A stretch of DNA of 61,055 bases, the filler included, from Hemiscyllium ocellatum (Eukaryota), in assembly GCF_020745735.1 (NCBI RefSeq). It is 4 parts of 4 records of this genome, joined end to end, with 100 filler letters (N's around TTAATTAATTAA, not from the genome) between each part and the next. Parts side by side here need not be neighbours in the genome. Positions count along the whole stretch, not along the records: positions 1 to 30,230 come from NW_026867526.1; 3 more parts are not named here. One strand, given 5' to 3'. Position numbers and translations under genes: made by a program. Of the stretch, positions 1-11,596 are shown one piece after another (the first letter of the stretch is position 1; every line of letters begins with the position of its first letter). The notes beneath the pieces are model-generated. The model searched no databases. It saw only the letters and a program-made list of their open reading frames with translations, and was not told the origin of the DNA.

Positions 1-1180
1 TATCAATGTTTCTCAATATTAAACAGTGCTGTAGTGACCCTCGAATGAACTGTTGATGTTTAGGTTGTGTCTGAGACTCTGCGTATATTTCCTTCAATGA
101 GAGGAGTGACTAGTTCTCCAAGTTTCACAACTGAAAAATAAACTTTTCTCCAGTATTGTTGCTGAGTAGATGTGTTCCTGCAGAGGCAGTGGTTATGGTT
201 TGCAGTTTGCTTTCCACCAACTGGTCAACAGTGAGACAAAATATCTTTGATCCACTGCAGAAACTCCACTTGCTTCCAGTAAATGAAACTGAAACTCAAG
301 GACCTTTTCTGCAGTCAGCTTAATTGCTGCCAACTATTGTATCTGGCCGATTAAAGGGAAAATGAATCAACTAAAGTAAAATCCTACCAAACAAACTATA
401 TTTTCCCATTTACTCACAATGGATACATTTCACTTGGCATTTCTTCTTTAAAAAGGAAAGTCACAGAATACAGCATTCACTGTATGACTATCAGAGCCAG
501 GACATTGAATGCAGTAACATTCTGGTTAGTTCAGTCTGTTTATTGAGTATCTTTAAAGCTCCTGAATATGAAGTTAATGGATCCAAAATCCCACATTGCA
601 GTAACATTTGTTATCATCTCAAAGTAAATTAACAAACTTGAATTGGTTCAAACTCACATCACTTGTTGCATCATTCTCTGATTCATGTATCTCATTAAAA
701 CTGAGTGGGCCCTTTATACATGGTCAACACTGGTGTCGTGTAACAGTGAATTTTTGCTTATTTTTATGAGTTAACTGCCCCTGTCAGAGCTATCAGTGAG
801 CAGAGAAATGTACTGTTTATAACCTACATTCGTGGTAATGATTATTGTAATACTCTCTAATTTAACCAAACACTCCTGATGTCCCCAGGCAGTTACCTGC
901 AATGGTTTAGATGTTGAGGATATTGAAAAAAACGTATGGACTGTCCTGTTCTAATTCATTAGATGCTCTTTCAAAAGTTTACCTAGGCGTTATGTATCAC
1001 TGCCAACTCACTTTTTGTTTCTCAGGCACACAGCTTTCCTTTACTATGCATTTTAGGGTCAGAGCAATTTGAAAAAAACGATGCAAGGAGAGACATTCTG
1101 CAATGTAAGGAGGTGCTTCTAATCTCCGGGTCCAAGCTGTTTAGTGATATCCATTCACAATCCGAACATAATGTATCGTT

Positions 1181-1491
1181 GGGGGCACGGTGGCACAGTG
1201 GTTAGCACTGCTGCCTCACAGCACCTGTAGACCCGGGTTCAATTCCCGACTCAGGCGACTGACTGTGTGGAGTTTGCACATTCTCCCCGTGTCTGGGTGG
1301 GTTTCCTCCGGGTGCTCCGGTTTCCTCCCACAGTCACAAAGATGTGCGGGTCAGGTGAATTGGCCATGCTAAATTGCCCGTAGTGTGAGGTAAGGGGTAA
1401 ATGTAGAGGTATGGGTGGGTTGCGCTTCGGCGGGTCGGTGTGGACTTGTTGGGCCGAAGGGCCTGTTTCCACACTGTTAATCTAATCTAAT
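1181..1491 (+). mobile_element. tRNA-derived V-SINE (HE1-like), young full-length copy
   Basis: tRNA-like head GGTGGCACAGTGGTTAGCACTGCTGCCTCACAGC, V-SINE core GTGTGGAGTTTGCACATTCTCCCCGTGTCT, CR1-derived tail GGGCCGAAGGGCCTGTTTCCACACTGT-(AATCT)n. Confidence 0.85.
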
Positions 1492-2213
1492 AATCACTTT
1501 AGACCTGCTCCATATTCGGTTGCCTAAATGGAATTTAGAAACGCAGATTAGAAATTTTGTAATTTACAAAATTTTATTTTGTAAAGTGAGAGAGACTTTG
1601 AGTGACAGCAAAAATAAAGTCACTCATTTTGTTGGTTAATAATATGATTGAAGTTCTTTTTAGCTTTATCTGCTTGTGGTGGAATGTAGAATTAAAGGGA
1701 GTTAACTTCAAATTGAATATTCTGAATATAATCACTTTGGACACGCTCTGTATTCAGTTGCCTAAATTGAATTTTGAAATGTTTAGTATGAATTACATGT
1801 TATTTTGTAGTGGGACAGAGACTGGCAGTGTCCTGGGAAATAAAAGCTCAATTGTTTTACTAGCTAGTAATACGTTTGAACTTTGATTTTAGTTTTATCT
1901 GCTTGTGAATGAATGTAGAAATAAAGGGAGCTAACTTTCAAATGAATTTTTTAAAAACAAAATACTTGCAACTATCATGTGAAACAGACCTGAAGCTACT
2001 CAATTTTACTCCCACCATTTAAAAAAAAACTCCCAAAGAAGCTATTCAGCAAAATAAATATCCCAAGATGTGTATATATCCATGTTTAAGCGTAACCTGG
2101 TAAATACATGAGCCCATGTGTTGGGGCTGTGCAAGCTGAGACCAGGATCCAGTCTCAGCCTCCAGCAGGAAACCAACAGGCGGAAGCTGTAAGCCTGCCC
2201 TTTCCGATGGCCA

Positions 2214-2220
2214 TATAAAT
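2214..2220 (+). promoter_or_regulatory. TATA-like box of the VH promoter
   Basis: TATAAAT about 90 bp upstream of the leader ATG at 2307. Confidence 0.5.
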
Positions 2221-2306
2221 CCTAGGCACTGGACCGTAATTCAACACTCCGGGATCGGCTTTGTTTAGAAAGATCTTGACAGAACCGCTTCCCAGAAGTT
2301 ATCAGA

Positions 2307-2355
2307 ATGATTGTGTCGACAATTTTTCTCAGTTTATTACTGACTTTCTTATCAT
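2307..2355 (+). CDS. IGHV: IgH leader exon (MIVSTIFLSLLLTFLS)
   Basis: Hydrophobic signal peptide, phase-1 GTGAGT donor at 2356, AG acceptor at 2482-2483 in frame with the V exon. Confidence 0.93.
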
Positions 2356-2483
2356 GTGAGTGTTTTTTGTTCAAGTCTGTCTTTGTTACTGTCTCAATGT
2401 TAGTCTACCTCAGGAATGTAAAAGACTCAGGCATCATTTCATCTGCATTAATGCTCATGGTTTATTTCTTGTCTTTTTTAAAG

Positions 2484-2792
2484 GTGTCCACTCGGAGATT
2501 GTTTTGACCCAGCCAGAGGCAGAGACTGGCCGTCCCGACGGCAGCCTGGAACTGACCTGTAAAACCAGCGGGTTCGATCTCAGCAGCTACTGGATGTACT
2601 GGGTCCGCCAGGTTCCCGGCCAGGGTCTGGAGTGGCTGGTTAGCTACTATAGTTCATCCAGCAGTTACTATGCACCAGCGATTAAGGGTCAATTAACTGC
2701 GTCCAAAGACACTTCAAACAACATTTTCGCATTGGACATGGGGAACCTGAAGATCGAAGACACCGCCATCTATTACTGTGCAAGAGACGGGT
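2484..2792 (+). CDS. IGHV: Shark IgM VH exon, open frame
   Basis: VHS|[49 protein letters not shown]...[12 protein letters not shown]; both canonical Cys and the FR2 Trp are present. Confidence 0.96.
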
Positions 2793-2830
2793 CACAGTGT
2801 TGTGCACAGCGACATCCTCATACAATAACC
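2793..2830 (+). other. RSS, 22/23 type, 3' of VH
   Basis: CACAGTG (2793-2799), 22-bp spacer, ACAATAACC (2822-2830). Confidence 0.92.
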
Positions 2831-3133
2831 ACTGACAAGGATTTATCTCAAATTGGTGATTTCTACCGTGGCAGGAGCGAGAAATAATGTGAGATGCAAT
2901 TTAAACACAATCCAGTCGGGCTAGTTTGTACAAATGTATAATTTTTTTCTACTTTCTTCGTGTTGATTGTCAAGTTAAATGCAGACCAAACCTGGAAAAG
3001 TATTCCAAGCTTTCAAAATACAATGAATAGTAAAAGCTGAAATAATGCACCAAATCATTTTTAGAGGAGTCTGAATCACTGCTTTCTGGGAAGTGAAGAA
3101 ATTATTTGCATTTTACAGTTTACAGTCTGTCAT

Positions 3134-3204
3134 AGTATTTGACACAACGTGTCTCACAGTGAGAGAGCTGGAATGGCACTGCAATTATGATCAATACAAA
3201 AACC
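3134..3204 (+). other. IGHD: DH segment AGAGAGCTGGAATGG (3162-3176) with 12/12 RSSs
   Basis: AGTATTTGA-12bp-CACAGTG | D | CACTGCA-12bp-ACAAAAACC, lying midway between V and J. Confidence 0.88.
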
Positions 3205-3530
3205 TATTCAGCCTCCATTGTTTGAAACTAGTCAGTGATTATTTCTACAAACCGTCTTAACTTGCAGTGCAGTATTAGTTCTGTGGGTTTTATGCCAGTA
3301 TCACTATTTAATTTGGAAAAGGGTTGGGTAATTATTGATATACCAGTTGGGGATTTTGAGAATCAGCTCATGTGTTACTCTGTGAAGTATCAAACAGTAT
3401 TAAAATTTATCAAGAATGATCAGAATTCACTAGCGCAATTATGTGATGAAGATTTATCGGGACTTTATTTTGCCTGTGGTTCTGAAAATTTAAAATGATG
3501 GTAGATTTTTGATTTGTTTTATGCAGAGCT

Positions 3531-3569
3531 AGTTATTATGTGACTCAGTCCAGAGAACGTAACACTGTG
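3531..3569 (-). other. JH 23-RSS with a degenerate nonamer
   Basis: AGTTATTAT (6/9 match to GGTTTTTGT), 23-bp spacer, CACTGTG abutting J. Confidence 0.8.
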
Positions 3570-3617
3570 AGTATCTTGATTACTGGGGCCAAGGGAGCAT
3601 GGTGACTGTGACTTCAG
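3570..3617 (+). CDS. IGHJ: JH segment (YLDYWGQGSMVTVTS)
   Basis: WGXG motif and phase-1 GTAAGA donor at 3618. Confidence 0.96.
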
Positions 3618-4130
3618 GTAAGAACTTTGAACTTTCCTAGTGACTTTTTAAAAACTTTCTATCCATGTGACTAATTTCTGAATTAAATGAAGCTCAGATT
3701 CTGTGCTGAGTTTGGTTTGGTTCGGATTGATTTTTGTTCAGACTGATTATAGACTTCAGTTAATGCTCAGCAAATAGTTAAAATGGTGATGATGGAGTCA
3801 GTTGCTCGGTGTATCTCTATTGTTTGATCAGATGGGCATTCTGTGTGGCTGGGTTACTTGAAACACCTAATGTCTCTTAATCAGTCAGCTATAAATAATG
3901 TTTAATGCCAGTGACACCCTGACTGTGAGTTTTATTATCAACAACAAATGCTAAGAATTCAAAGATGTTCAAGATATTACCAAACATGACTAAAATATGC
4001 TAAAATATCATGATTCATTTCCTGAATATATGTTCTTACCATGATTATATTTTCTCATTTATTTTGTTAATTTTGTTGATGACAAGCAGGTTAGAAACTG
4101 TCATAAAAGCTTCTTGCGGTGCTATATTGC

Positions 4131-4435
4131 ATTCTGTTGATTAGATTCTGAGTTTGTTTTACTTGATTCTGTTGAATTGAGTTGATTGGATTTTGGCTTT
4201 GTTTTAGTTGATTGGGTTGAACTGTGTTGATTGGATTCTGACTTTGTTTTTACTTAGTTTTGTTGAATTTTGTTGATTGGTTTTTGAAATGGTTTTATTT
4301 GATTCTGTTGAATTGAATTGGTTGGATTCTGATTGTGTTTCATTCAAATCTGTTGTTTTGTGTTGATTGGATTCTGATTTTATTTTCCTGGATTCTGTTG
4401 AATTGAGTTGATTGGATTCTTATTCAGTTTGTGAA
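4131..4435 (+). repeat. Degenerate 45-bp minisatellite, about 6.5 copies
   Basis: Units start at 4165, 4210, 4256, 4301, 4346 and 4391; consensus GATTCTGTTGAATTGAGTTGATTGGATTCTGACTTTGTTTTTACTT. Confidence 0.85.
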
Positions 4436-6041
4436 ATTGATCTGCGTTTTCATGCTTTCTGAATTGGTGTTTTCTTTCTGGTGAGGAGATTGACTCTCTG
4501 GATTACTTTTCATTACCAATATTTGTGAAGTTCTTTTGGTTTTCATGAATCATTTCTGCATTTGTTAAACTTATATGACACATTTTTCTCTGCTTGATTG
4601 AAAACATTACATCTATTTGTAACGGTCTGAAAAACAACTCAAGGCAGAAACCCAGAAGTGTGAGAAATGAAAAAAAAACGAGTTTTTAATGCGTTGACTT
4701 TTAAAAAAAACTCCGTTCTAATTGTAAACGAACTGAATTTTGTTTTGAATAGCCTCATTCAAAATAAAATTTGGGACTAAAATCTGAAACTGCAGAATTG
4801 ATCAGATTACGTAATTGAAACTAACTTAAAATTATAATGTGGTAATATTTGTCCATTCAGTAATTTTGTTTTGACCATGAAGTGATTAATCAATATATGC
4901 CTTCAACCCCACTCTACTGTGCACTGCACAAGATAGTCATGATCAGGAAGAGTGTGCAGGTTGGAAATAAATTGAACTATTGCCAGAAACGTTACAGCTT
5001 TAAGTGTTAAGTCCCCTACAAACAAGGTTGCTGTTATGACTTGTTATTTCTATTCAATTTAATCATTAGTTTGGTGGATTTTAAGCAGCTTTGATAGACT
5101 TCAATTTGTTTTTTTTGTGAGGTTACGTCATGTTCTTGGTTCTGTTGAAAATGTTTGCAGAGCTAGTTCTGCTGCAAACACACCGTGTTGTGATCTGGTG
5201 ATCGTTGATCTGTTGAGGAGGGACTGTGCTTGGGTAACATTAAATGTGTTATATTTGGGAAACTGTTTCTGGTTTCTACATTGTTTTTGCAATGTTAACA
5301 CGGTTGGTGACAGTGAACTGCTCTTTCCTCATTCAATGCAATCAGCATGCGAGTTAAAATTTCATAAAGTGAAATTATTTCGTTTATTAAGTGAAAGCAA
5401 ATTGCAAAGTTTTAGAAATGAAGGGAAAACAGATACCTTCAGGCACCATTTTTACTTAAAATAAATAATTAAGGATTAATCGAATCCATGCTTTACAATC
5501 CAAATTCAAAACTCAACTATCTAGTTCAATCACAAGGTCTGTCTTTAAACAGTTTGCAAGTCATAGAGAAATATAAATAGAATTTCAAAAGTCTAATGTT
5601 CTAATAGTTCTTGCTCTTGAGCAAAAATGCCATGACTGTGCTATAATTGATCAAGAAACACCTTTCAATTCCACTGTACACTACATACATATTTTTCTGG
5701 CTGGAAAAGATCATTGGCAAAGACCATTTGGAAATTCTGCTCAATTCTATGAAGAACAGATCAGTTTCACTGCTTTGATCAGTTTCACACATAACTTGAG
5801 TTAATTAATTGTTATGTCCCTGATTAAACTGGATTTGCAGGATAAAAATAAAACATTAACTGAATTATTTAACCTGCACAGTACTTTAGGTGTTCCCAAT
5901 CTGTGCATTTTAAATAAATAATTACATTTTACAACAAAATATCAACTGAGGAGTCATTCTTCCGGAAACAACTGCGAGAGTGAGTTATGTGACCAAGGCC
6001 AAATTTCGAATTAATTAAAGTAATCCACTCATGAACTCGCA

Positions 6042-6386
6042 GGGCAGCATGGTGGCTCAGTGATTGGCATTGCTGCCTCACAGCACCAGGGTCCCAAATT
6101 TGATTCCACCCTCGGGTGACTGCCTGTGTGGAGTTTGTACATTCTCCCTGTGTCTGCGTGGGTTTCCTTCGGGCGCTCTGGTTTCCTACCACAGTCTAAA
6201 AGAAGTGCAGGTCAGGTGATTGTGCAATTGAGCACAGCCATAGTGTTCAGGGATGTGTATGTCAGGGTGCATTAGTCAGGGGCAAATATAAATTAGGGGG
6301 AATGGGTCTGGGTGGGCTACTTACTGAACAGAGGGTCAGTGTGGAATTGTTGGGCCAAATGGCCTGTTTCCTTACTGTAGGAACTC
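6042..6386 (+). mobile_element. V-SINE, diverged
   Basis: tRNA head, V core and CR1 tail as in the 1181 copy. Confidence 0.8.
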
Positions 6387-6629
6387 TCCTCTTAAAACCA
6401 TGGGAGTACTTGCTGCAAACGCAGAGAATTCATTTTACATCGATGTGTTCAGACGGATGCAGAGTTCACAAATTTGCAGAAGACATGAACTAGAGGATAA
6501 CAGAGCACATTGTTTATTCAGACACTGAAAATAGAGTAATATTTATTTTAATTAATATACTTGACCTATTTATTGCAATGTAGCGATCAGAAGGAATCTG
6601 CTCACGTTAGTTAAGTGTGACAATCTTTC

Positions 6630-6917
6630 AGATTAGATTTCCTGCAGTATGTATCGGGCCATTTGGCCCAACAAGTCCACACTGACCCTCTGAAGAGTAA
6701 CCCACCCAGACCCATTCCCCTACCCTATATTTACCCCTGACTAATGCACCGAACACTATAGACAATATAGCATGACCAGTTCACCTGACATGCACATCTT
6801 TGGATTGTGGGAGGAAATCCACACAGACACAGGGGAGATTGTGTAAACTCCACATAGGCAGTCACCTGAGGCTGGAACCGAGCCTGGGTACCTGGATCTG
6901 TGAGGCAGCAGTGCCAC
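6630..6917 (-). mobile_element. V-SINE, diverged
   Basis: Reverse complement of the same SINE family. Confidence 0.8.
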
Positions 6918-9602
6918 ATTTACTTAGACATCCATTAAAGTGGGCAACTCCAGACAGAAGCATGTTTTCAATTCATACCTTTTTAAACATTTTAGTTCAT
7001 TAAAAGCAGTTAACAAGAAAATAACCTTGCCCTAATTCCTTCAACAGAAATGCTTTCCACACTGGAATGCAGTATTGTTTATACAGTGCATGCAAAATCT
7101 CCACAGTTCAAGGAACATTTTAAGAATATGTAAAAATAATTTAGAGAATAACCCATTTCCTCCAGATCTGTGCTTTAATTGGTGATATTTCCCACCTCAA
7201 TAATTTATGCAATGACTTATTAAGTTTATTAATTCAGTGGTTATTTATGTTCATTATGAACACATTCTCGTTCATATTAATCCACTGGTTAATTCTTCTG
7301 ATGAATATTCAATTACAGTGAATATATTTGACGTGAGGAGTTGAGCAATGTATCCTCTAGGATTAAGTCTGTTGTACAGTTTGTTTCAGTGCTATCTCTG
7401 ACTAACTTGCCAACGGTCCTGACCATTTGTAAATTGTCCAGTTGGGATACCTGAATCTCAGACAGTTCAATTCCATCTCGCGCTTCAAACCCACTTTTAT
7501 CTGCCAGAAATACAATAGGTGCCTCAGAATTGAGAGCCCTGACTAAGTTGTTCCAATCAGAACGAACGTTTCAGGAACAAAAGGCAGATAGCAAGAGTTC
7601 TGAAATTGGTTGTTGGCAACAAGAGATATTTGATTGAGCGAGGCAGAGGGAAATATGCTGCATATTTTCTTTGTGCCTCAGTTATGCAGGACATGTTTCG
7701 TGGCACAATGCAGAATCAGAATTTTTTTGCATCTTATTATTTGAAAACCTATTATCAGCTTTTAATGTCACTGGCAACAGTAATATTACACTTCAAAACA
7801 TTTTAAACTTTCTCAAACTCAGTAGACCGTCTAGTGCAGCAACATTCACAGCGGAAAGAGGAAGGGAGTTCGAGGTTGGAATCCAGTGACAGTGAATTGA
7901 TGGCAATGCAATTCCTAGTTTTATTCCTCTGTAGTTCCCATAGAGTTTGAACAATTTGGAGCTGCTGTCAAAGTATTCTTGGATAAATGTTGAAACGTTA
8001 CTTTCATTGTACAAACATTCTGGAACAATCCCTAGTTGTTGGAAGGTGTTAATAACTAACATGGTTTATGTACTGTCAAAACAGGTGGGCTATGTTCTCC
8101 GTGATAGTGTCGAGCTCATTGTGTTCAGGTCTGTTGTGAAGTTATAGGAGGGTCCCTGATTCTGTGCCAGGTGGTCTGTGTTCACTTACCACCTGTTAGA
8201 GAGGTATGTAACACCATCTCTTATCAGGTTACTTCAATGCAAGAAAGCAGATTGAGATGTTTGGGTGTTTGTTGGAATTCCACTCACAGAGGCCAGTGAA
8301 ATCTATTCAATCTCTGTCCTGACTTGTGTCTCTTAGATATTAAACAGAATTTTGGTGGTTAGCAGCTTTTTCCAGATCAATATTTGTTCACAAGCTTTTG
8401 GGCATCGCTAGATGGGGTTAATGGAGTAAGTGCTCAAAGAAATCCCAGCTTTTGACTTGCTGTTCTAACAATATCATTTATAACTAATCCCGAATGAATC
8501 ATTTTCAAAGTATATTTGATGAGATTATGCTGAGGCTGTTTTACTTTATATTAAACCAGTGCTGTAGCTGAATTTGATAGTTCAGTACGGTGAGGGTTCT
8601 GCTGATCCAACACTTGCAGCAGATGGTGATAGCTTTTCTGTTGGTCTTCCATTGCTATCTCAGACCATCCAGTACCTCTGCTAAGAATTCTTTTTCCAAC
8701 AGGACTCAAGCCAACGTAATCACTGTTTATCTCAACAGATGTGAGCTCTTGTGCCAAAAACATGAAAACAATTTGGTGAAGAGGGGTCTCTGGATGCGAA
8801 AGGTTAACCTTGCCTTCTCTCCACAGGAGCTGCTAGACCTGCTGAGTTTCTTCAGAAGTTTCTGTCTTTATTTTGGTTTTCTAGCATTTAAAGTTTGTTG
8901 TTTCATTGAAAAAAGTTCTGTTCGATTAAACACGTTCTTCAGAGAAAAGATGCATTTGAACAAATTGCGAATGTTCAGAGATATTATTGAATTTAGCGCC
9001 CTGATCTCGAGCTGTAGTTTCACAAGAAACTACTATGAAGTAACAACACACTGCAGAGTGCAGTGGCTGCTGTAATTGGGTGGAAGTTATTTTGATCACT
9101 CAAATAGAGAATGTCAATGATCCCGTTCCAAATAATCAACAGAAGTTTTTTTTTAAAGCACGTGTCAAACAATTAATTTGTTGAAATATTTTAATAACAA
9201 GTATTCACGGCCAGTGCTAGCTTAATGAATGACACAATGATAGAAAGGTAGGAACAAGAGGAGGGCACTCAGCCCCTCGAGCTGTTCCACCACTTACTTA
9301 GATCATGGTGCATCTGTGAGCTCAATCCCCAGGTCTCCCTTTGGCTAAAACTCTTTAACAAGCAAAAACTATCCCAGATTTACTGATTCGACTGCCCATA
9401 ACAAAGGGAGACACTATTTCTGAAAGACATTCCTGTGAGTACTGTGACACAATGAGGCTGGAATTAATTGCTCATGAAAGTAAACTTTAAATCTCTGACA
9501 ATTTCCAATTGAAACATCCCAATCATCATATTTCATTAATTTAACACTATACTTCCCTGGAATAAAGAAATATAATGTGTGATTGCCTTGATAAAAATGA
9601 GG

Positions 9603-9807
9603 AGGAAGTGAGGACTGCAGATGCTGGAGATCAGAGCTGAAAATGTGTTGCTGGAAAAGTGCAGCAAGTCTGGCAGCATCCAAGGAGCAGGAGAATCGAC
9701 GTTTCGGGCATGAGTCCTTCTTCAGGAAGGGCTCCTTGGATACTGCCTGCTCCTTGGATGCTGCCTGACCTGCTGCACTTTTCCAGCAACACATTTTCAG
9801 CAGTTGC
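9603..9807. mobile_element. Fold-back Penelope-like terminal fragment, family A
   Basis: About 55-bp inverted arms (9636-9691 and 9746-9800), minus-strand CTGAAGA...GAAACGTC core, flanking duplication TAAAAATGAGG at 9592-9602 and 9808-9818. Confidence 0.75.
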
Positions 9808-9898
9808 TAAAAATGAGGGAAGCTTCATTCCTATTATATGATTAAGAAATAGCTCTGTTCATTCAGTGAAAACACAGTCAAATCACACAAAAGGAAAC

Positions 9899-10093
9899 CA
9901 TGATTTGGAGATGTCGGTTTTGGACTGGGGTGTACACAGTTAAAAATCACACAACACCAGGTTATAGTCCAACAGGTTTAATTGGAAGCACACCAACTTT
10001 CGGAGCGACGCTCCTTTATCAGCAACGCTCCGAAAGCTAGTTTGTTTCCAATTAAACCTGTTGGACTACAACCTAGTGTTGTGTGATTTTTAA
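9899..10093. mobile_element. Fold-back Penelope-like terminal fragment, family B
   Basis: Inverted arms AAAAATCACACAACACCAGGTTATAGTCCAACAGGTTTAATTGG, central GGAGC-GTC-GCTCC-GAAAGCT, flanking AAAAGGAAAC at 9889-9898 and 10094-10103. Confidence 0.7.
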
Positions 10094-10269
10094 AAAAGGA
10101 AACAATGTCATCTTGTGTAGACACACAAGTGCATCAAATCATTTTCAATTCTTCCAGTGGTTGTTTGAATCTCTAGACAGGTGTGGAAGTGTCAGACTTT
10201 TTATATCGCCTTGAGAAACCAGTTGTCATCAGTTTATTTGAATTGCTGAAGTTTGTGTGGTATTAGCAC

Positions 10270-10620
10270 ATTCACAGCGCTGTTAGGAAGTGAGTCCCAT
10301 GGCTGTGATTGAGGAAGAGGAAACGGGCAGGGAAATAGTTGAGAGTCAAGTTGAAGTCTGATTTGGAGGCAAGCTTTACATGCATGTGTGCCCTTATCCT
10401 CAAGGATCACAATTTTGGAACATGCTGCCGAAGGGACATGTCAGCATGCAAAATGGAAGCTGAAGAAGGCATCTTGGCCTCTTTAGAAGGCTATTCCATT
10501 CATGGGATCATGATTAATCTTGCTGCTCACCAGTCTTCCCAACACTCGATAACATTGAACCTGATTGTTTCCTGTTCAACAAAACAATGGTGAATTCTTT
10601 TGGAATTCTCCACCACAGAA
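10270..10620 (-). mobile_element. Old L2-like LINE fragment
   Basis: Resembles the repeat at 38115-38470 and 57640-57790; heavily degraded. Confidence 0.4.
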
Positions 10621-10699
10621 ATTCATAGATTCAAGACTCATCGATTCTTGAAAGCGTTGTCTCAAGTACCTAGTGTGTTGAAGGTGTTTGGCGCATGTA

Positions 10700-10960
10700 C
10701 CTTCATTGGTCAGAGCACTGAGTGCAGGAGTTAGGGCTTCATGTTGTAACTGTCCAAAACATTGGAATGAACTGCCAGAGGAAGCGGTAAGTGCAGAGAT
10801 CGGTCCCACATTGAGAAGACATTTGAACAGCTACAGGAACTGGATCGGTCTGGATGGATATGGGCCAAAGGCAGGCAAGTGGAATGAGTTTAATTTGGGA
10901 ACTCTGGTCAGCATGGATGGGCTGGACCAAAGGAACTGTTTCTGTGCTGTACGACTTTAT
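10700..10960 (+). mobile_element. CR1 LINE 3' fragments
   Basis: HWNELPEEAV remnant of the ORF2 C-terminus and a CR1 3' UTR. Confidence 0.7.
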
Positions 10961-11596
10961 GTCTCACTGACTTTATGGTGGAGGAGGCTTAAAGTTGGAA
11001 GGTGGTGAGCAAGTGAGGGGCGAGATTGGGCATGTGGGAGAGTTTGGGCTGGGAGGCTGGTTGGCTGGCTGCTGGGTAAGCTTGCGTGCACTCTGTCTGG
11101 CAAAAGGTGGCATCAAGGTAAATGGTAATGGTCACAGGATAATTTGGTTGAATTGTGCTTGGTAGGTGAGGGGTAGTTTGAGCTGAAATGCAGGAGGTCT
11201 GTCTTTGCCAGGCTGGTTTATGGAGAGGTGGGCAGGATGCCAGGCTGGTTAGTGTAGAGGTGGGCAGAGTGCCAGGATGTTTCGGGGGTGGAAGGTCACT
11301 GGAATGAAGTGACAGGTGGACGTGTTGTCAAAATGCAAAGCTCGAAGTCTGGCAAAATGGTAGGTTGTAAAGCACAGATGCCAGCGGAGCTAGGATGCAA
11401 TGTGCACAGGTTGTCTTGGGTAAGATGAGAGGTCAGTGATCAAGGGCTGAGGTCATGTCTTGGGTAGTGGGCTTTTGTCAGAGGTTGTGAAAATGATGGT
11501 GCCAGGTCCAGTCAGGGCCAGATTCGCTATGGGCCAGGTGCAGGATGGCAGGAGTGTAAATGACTGAAAGGGATTGAGATCATATGTCCATCTGGA

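Noticed and set aside
1181-1260. tRNA gene
   Set aside because: It is the tRNA-derived head of a SINE, continuous with the SINE body and tail.
2805-2830. Nested CACAGCG sharing the VH nonamer, a possible 12-RSS allowing direct V-J joining
   Set aside because: The spacer is only 10 bp, outside the 12 plus or minus 1 tolerance.
3155-3204. CACAGTG with a perfect nonamer 34 bp away
   Set aside because: Explained as the D 5' heptamer, the D and the separate 3' RSS.
4165-4435. Regularly spaced repeats as a CRISPR array
   Set aside because: Vertebrate DNA; contiguous degenerate units with no unique spacers and no cas genes.
11000-11560. G-rich stretch in the J-C intron as a switch region
   Set aside because: Only about four AGCT motifs and a short 30-bp duplication; no switch-like tandem array.
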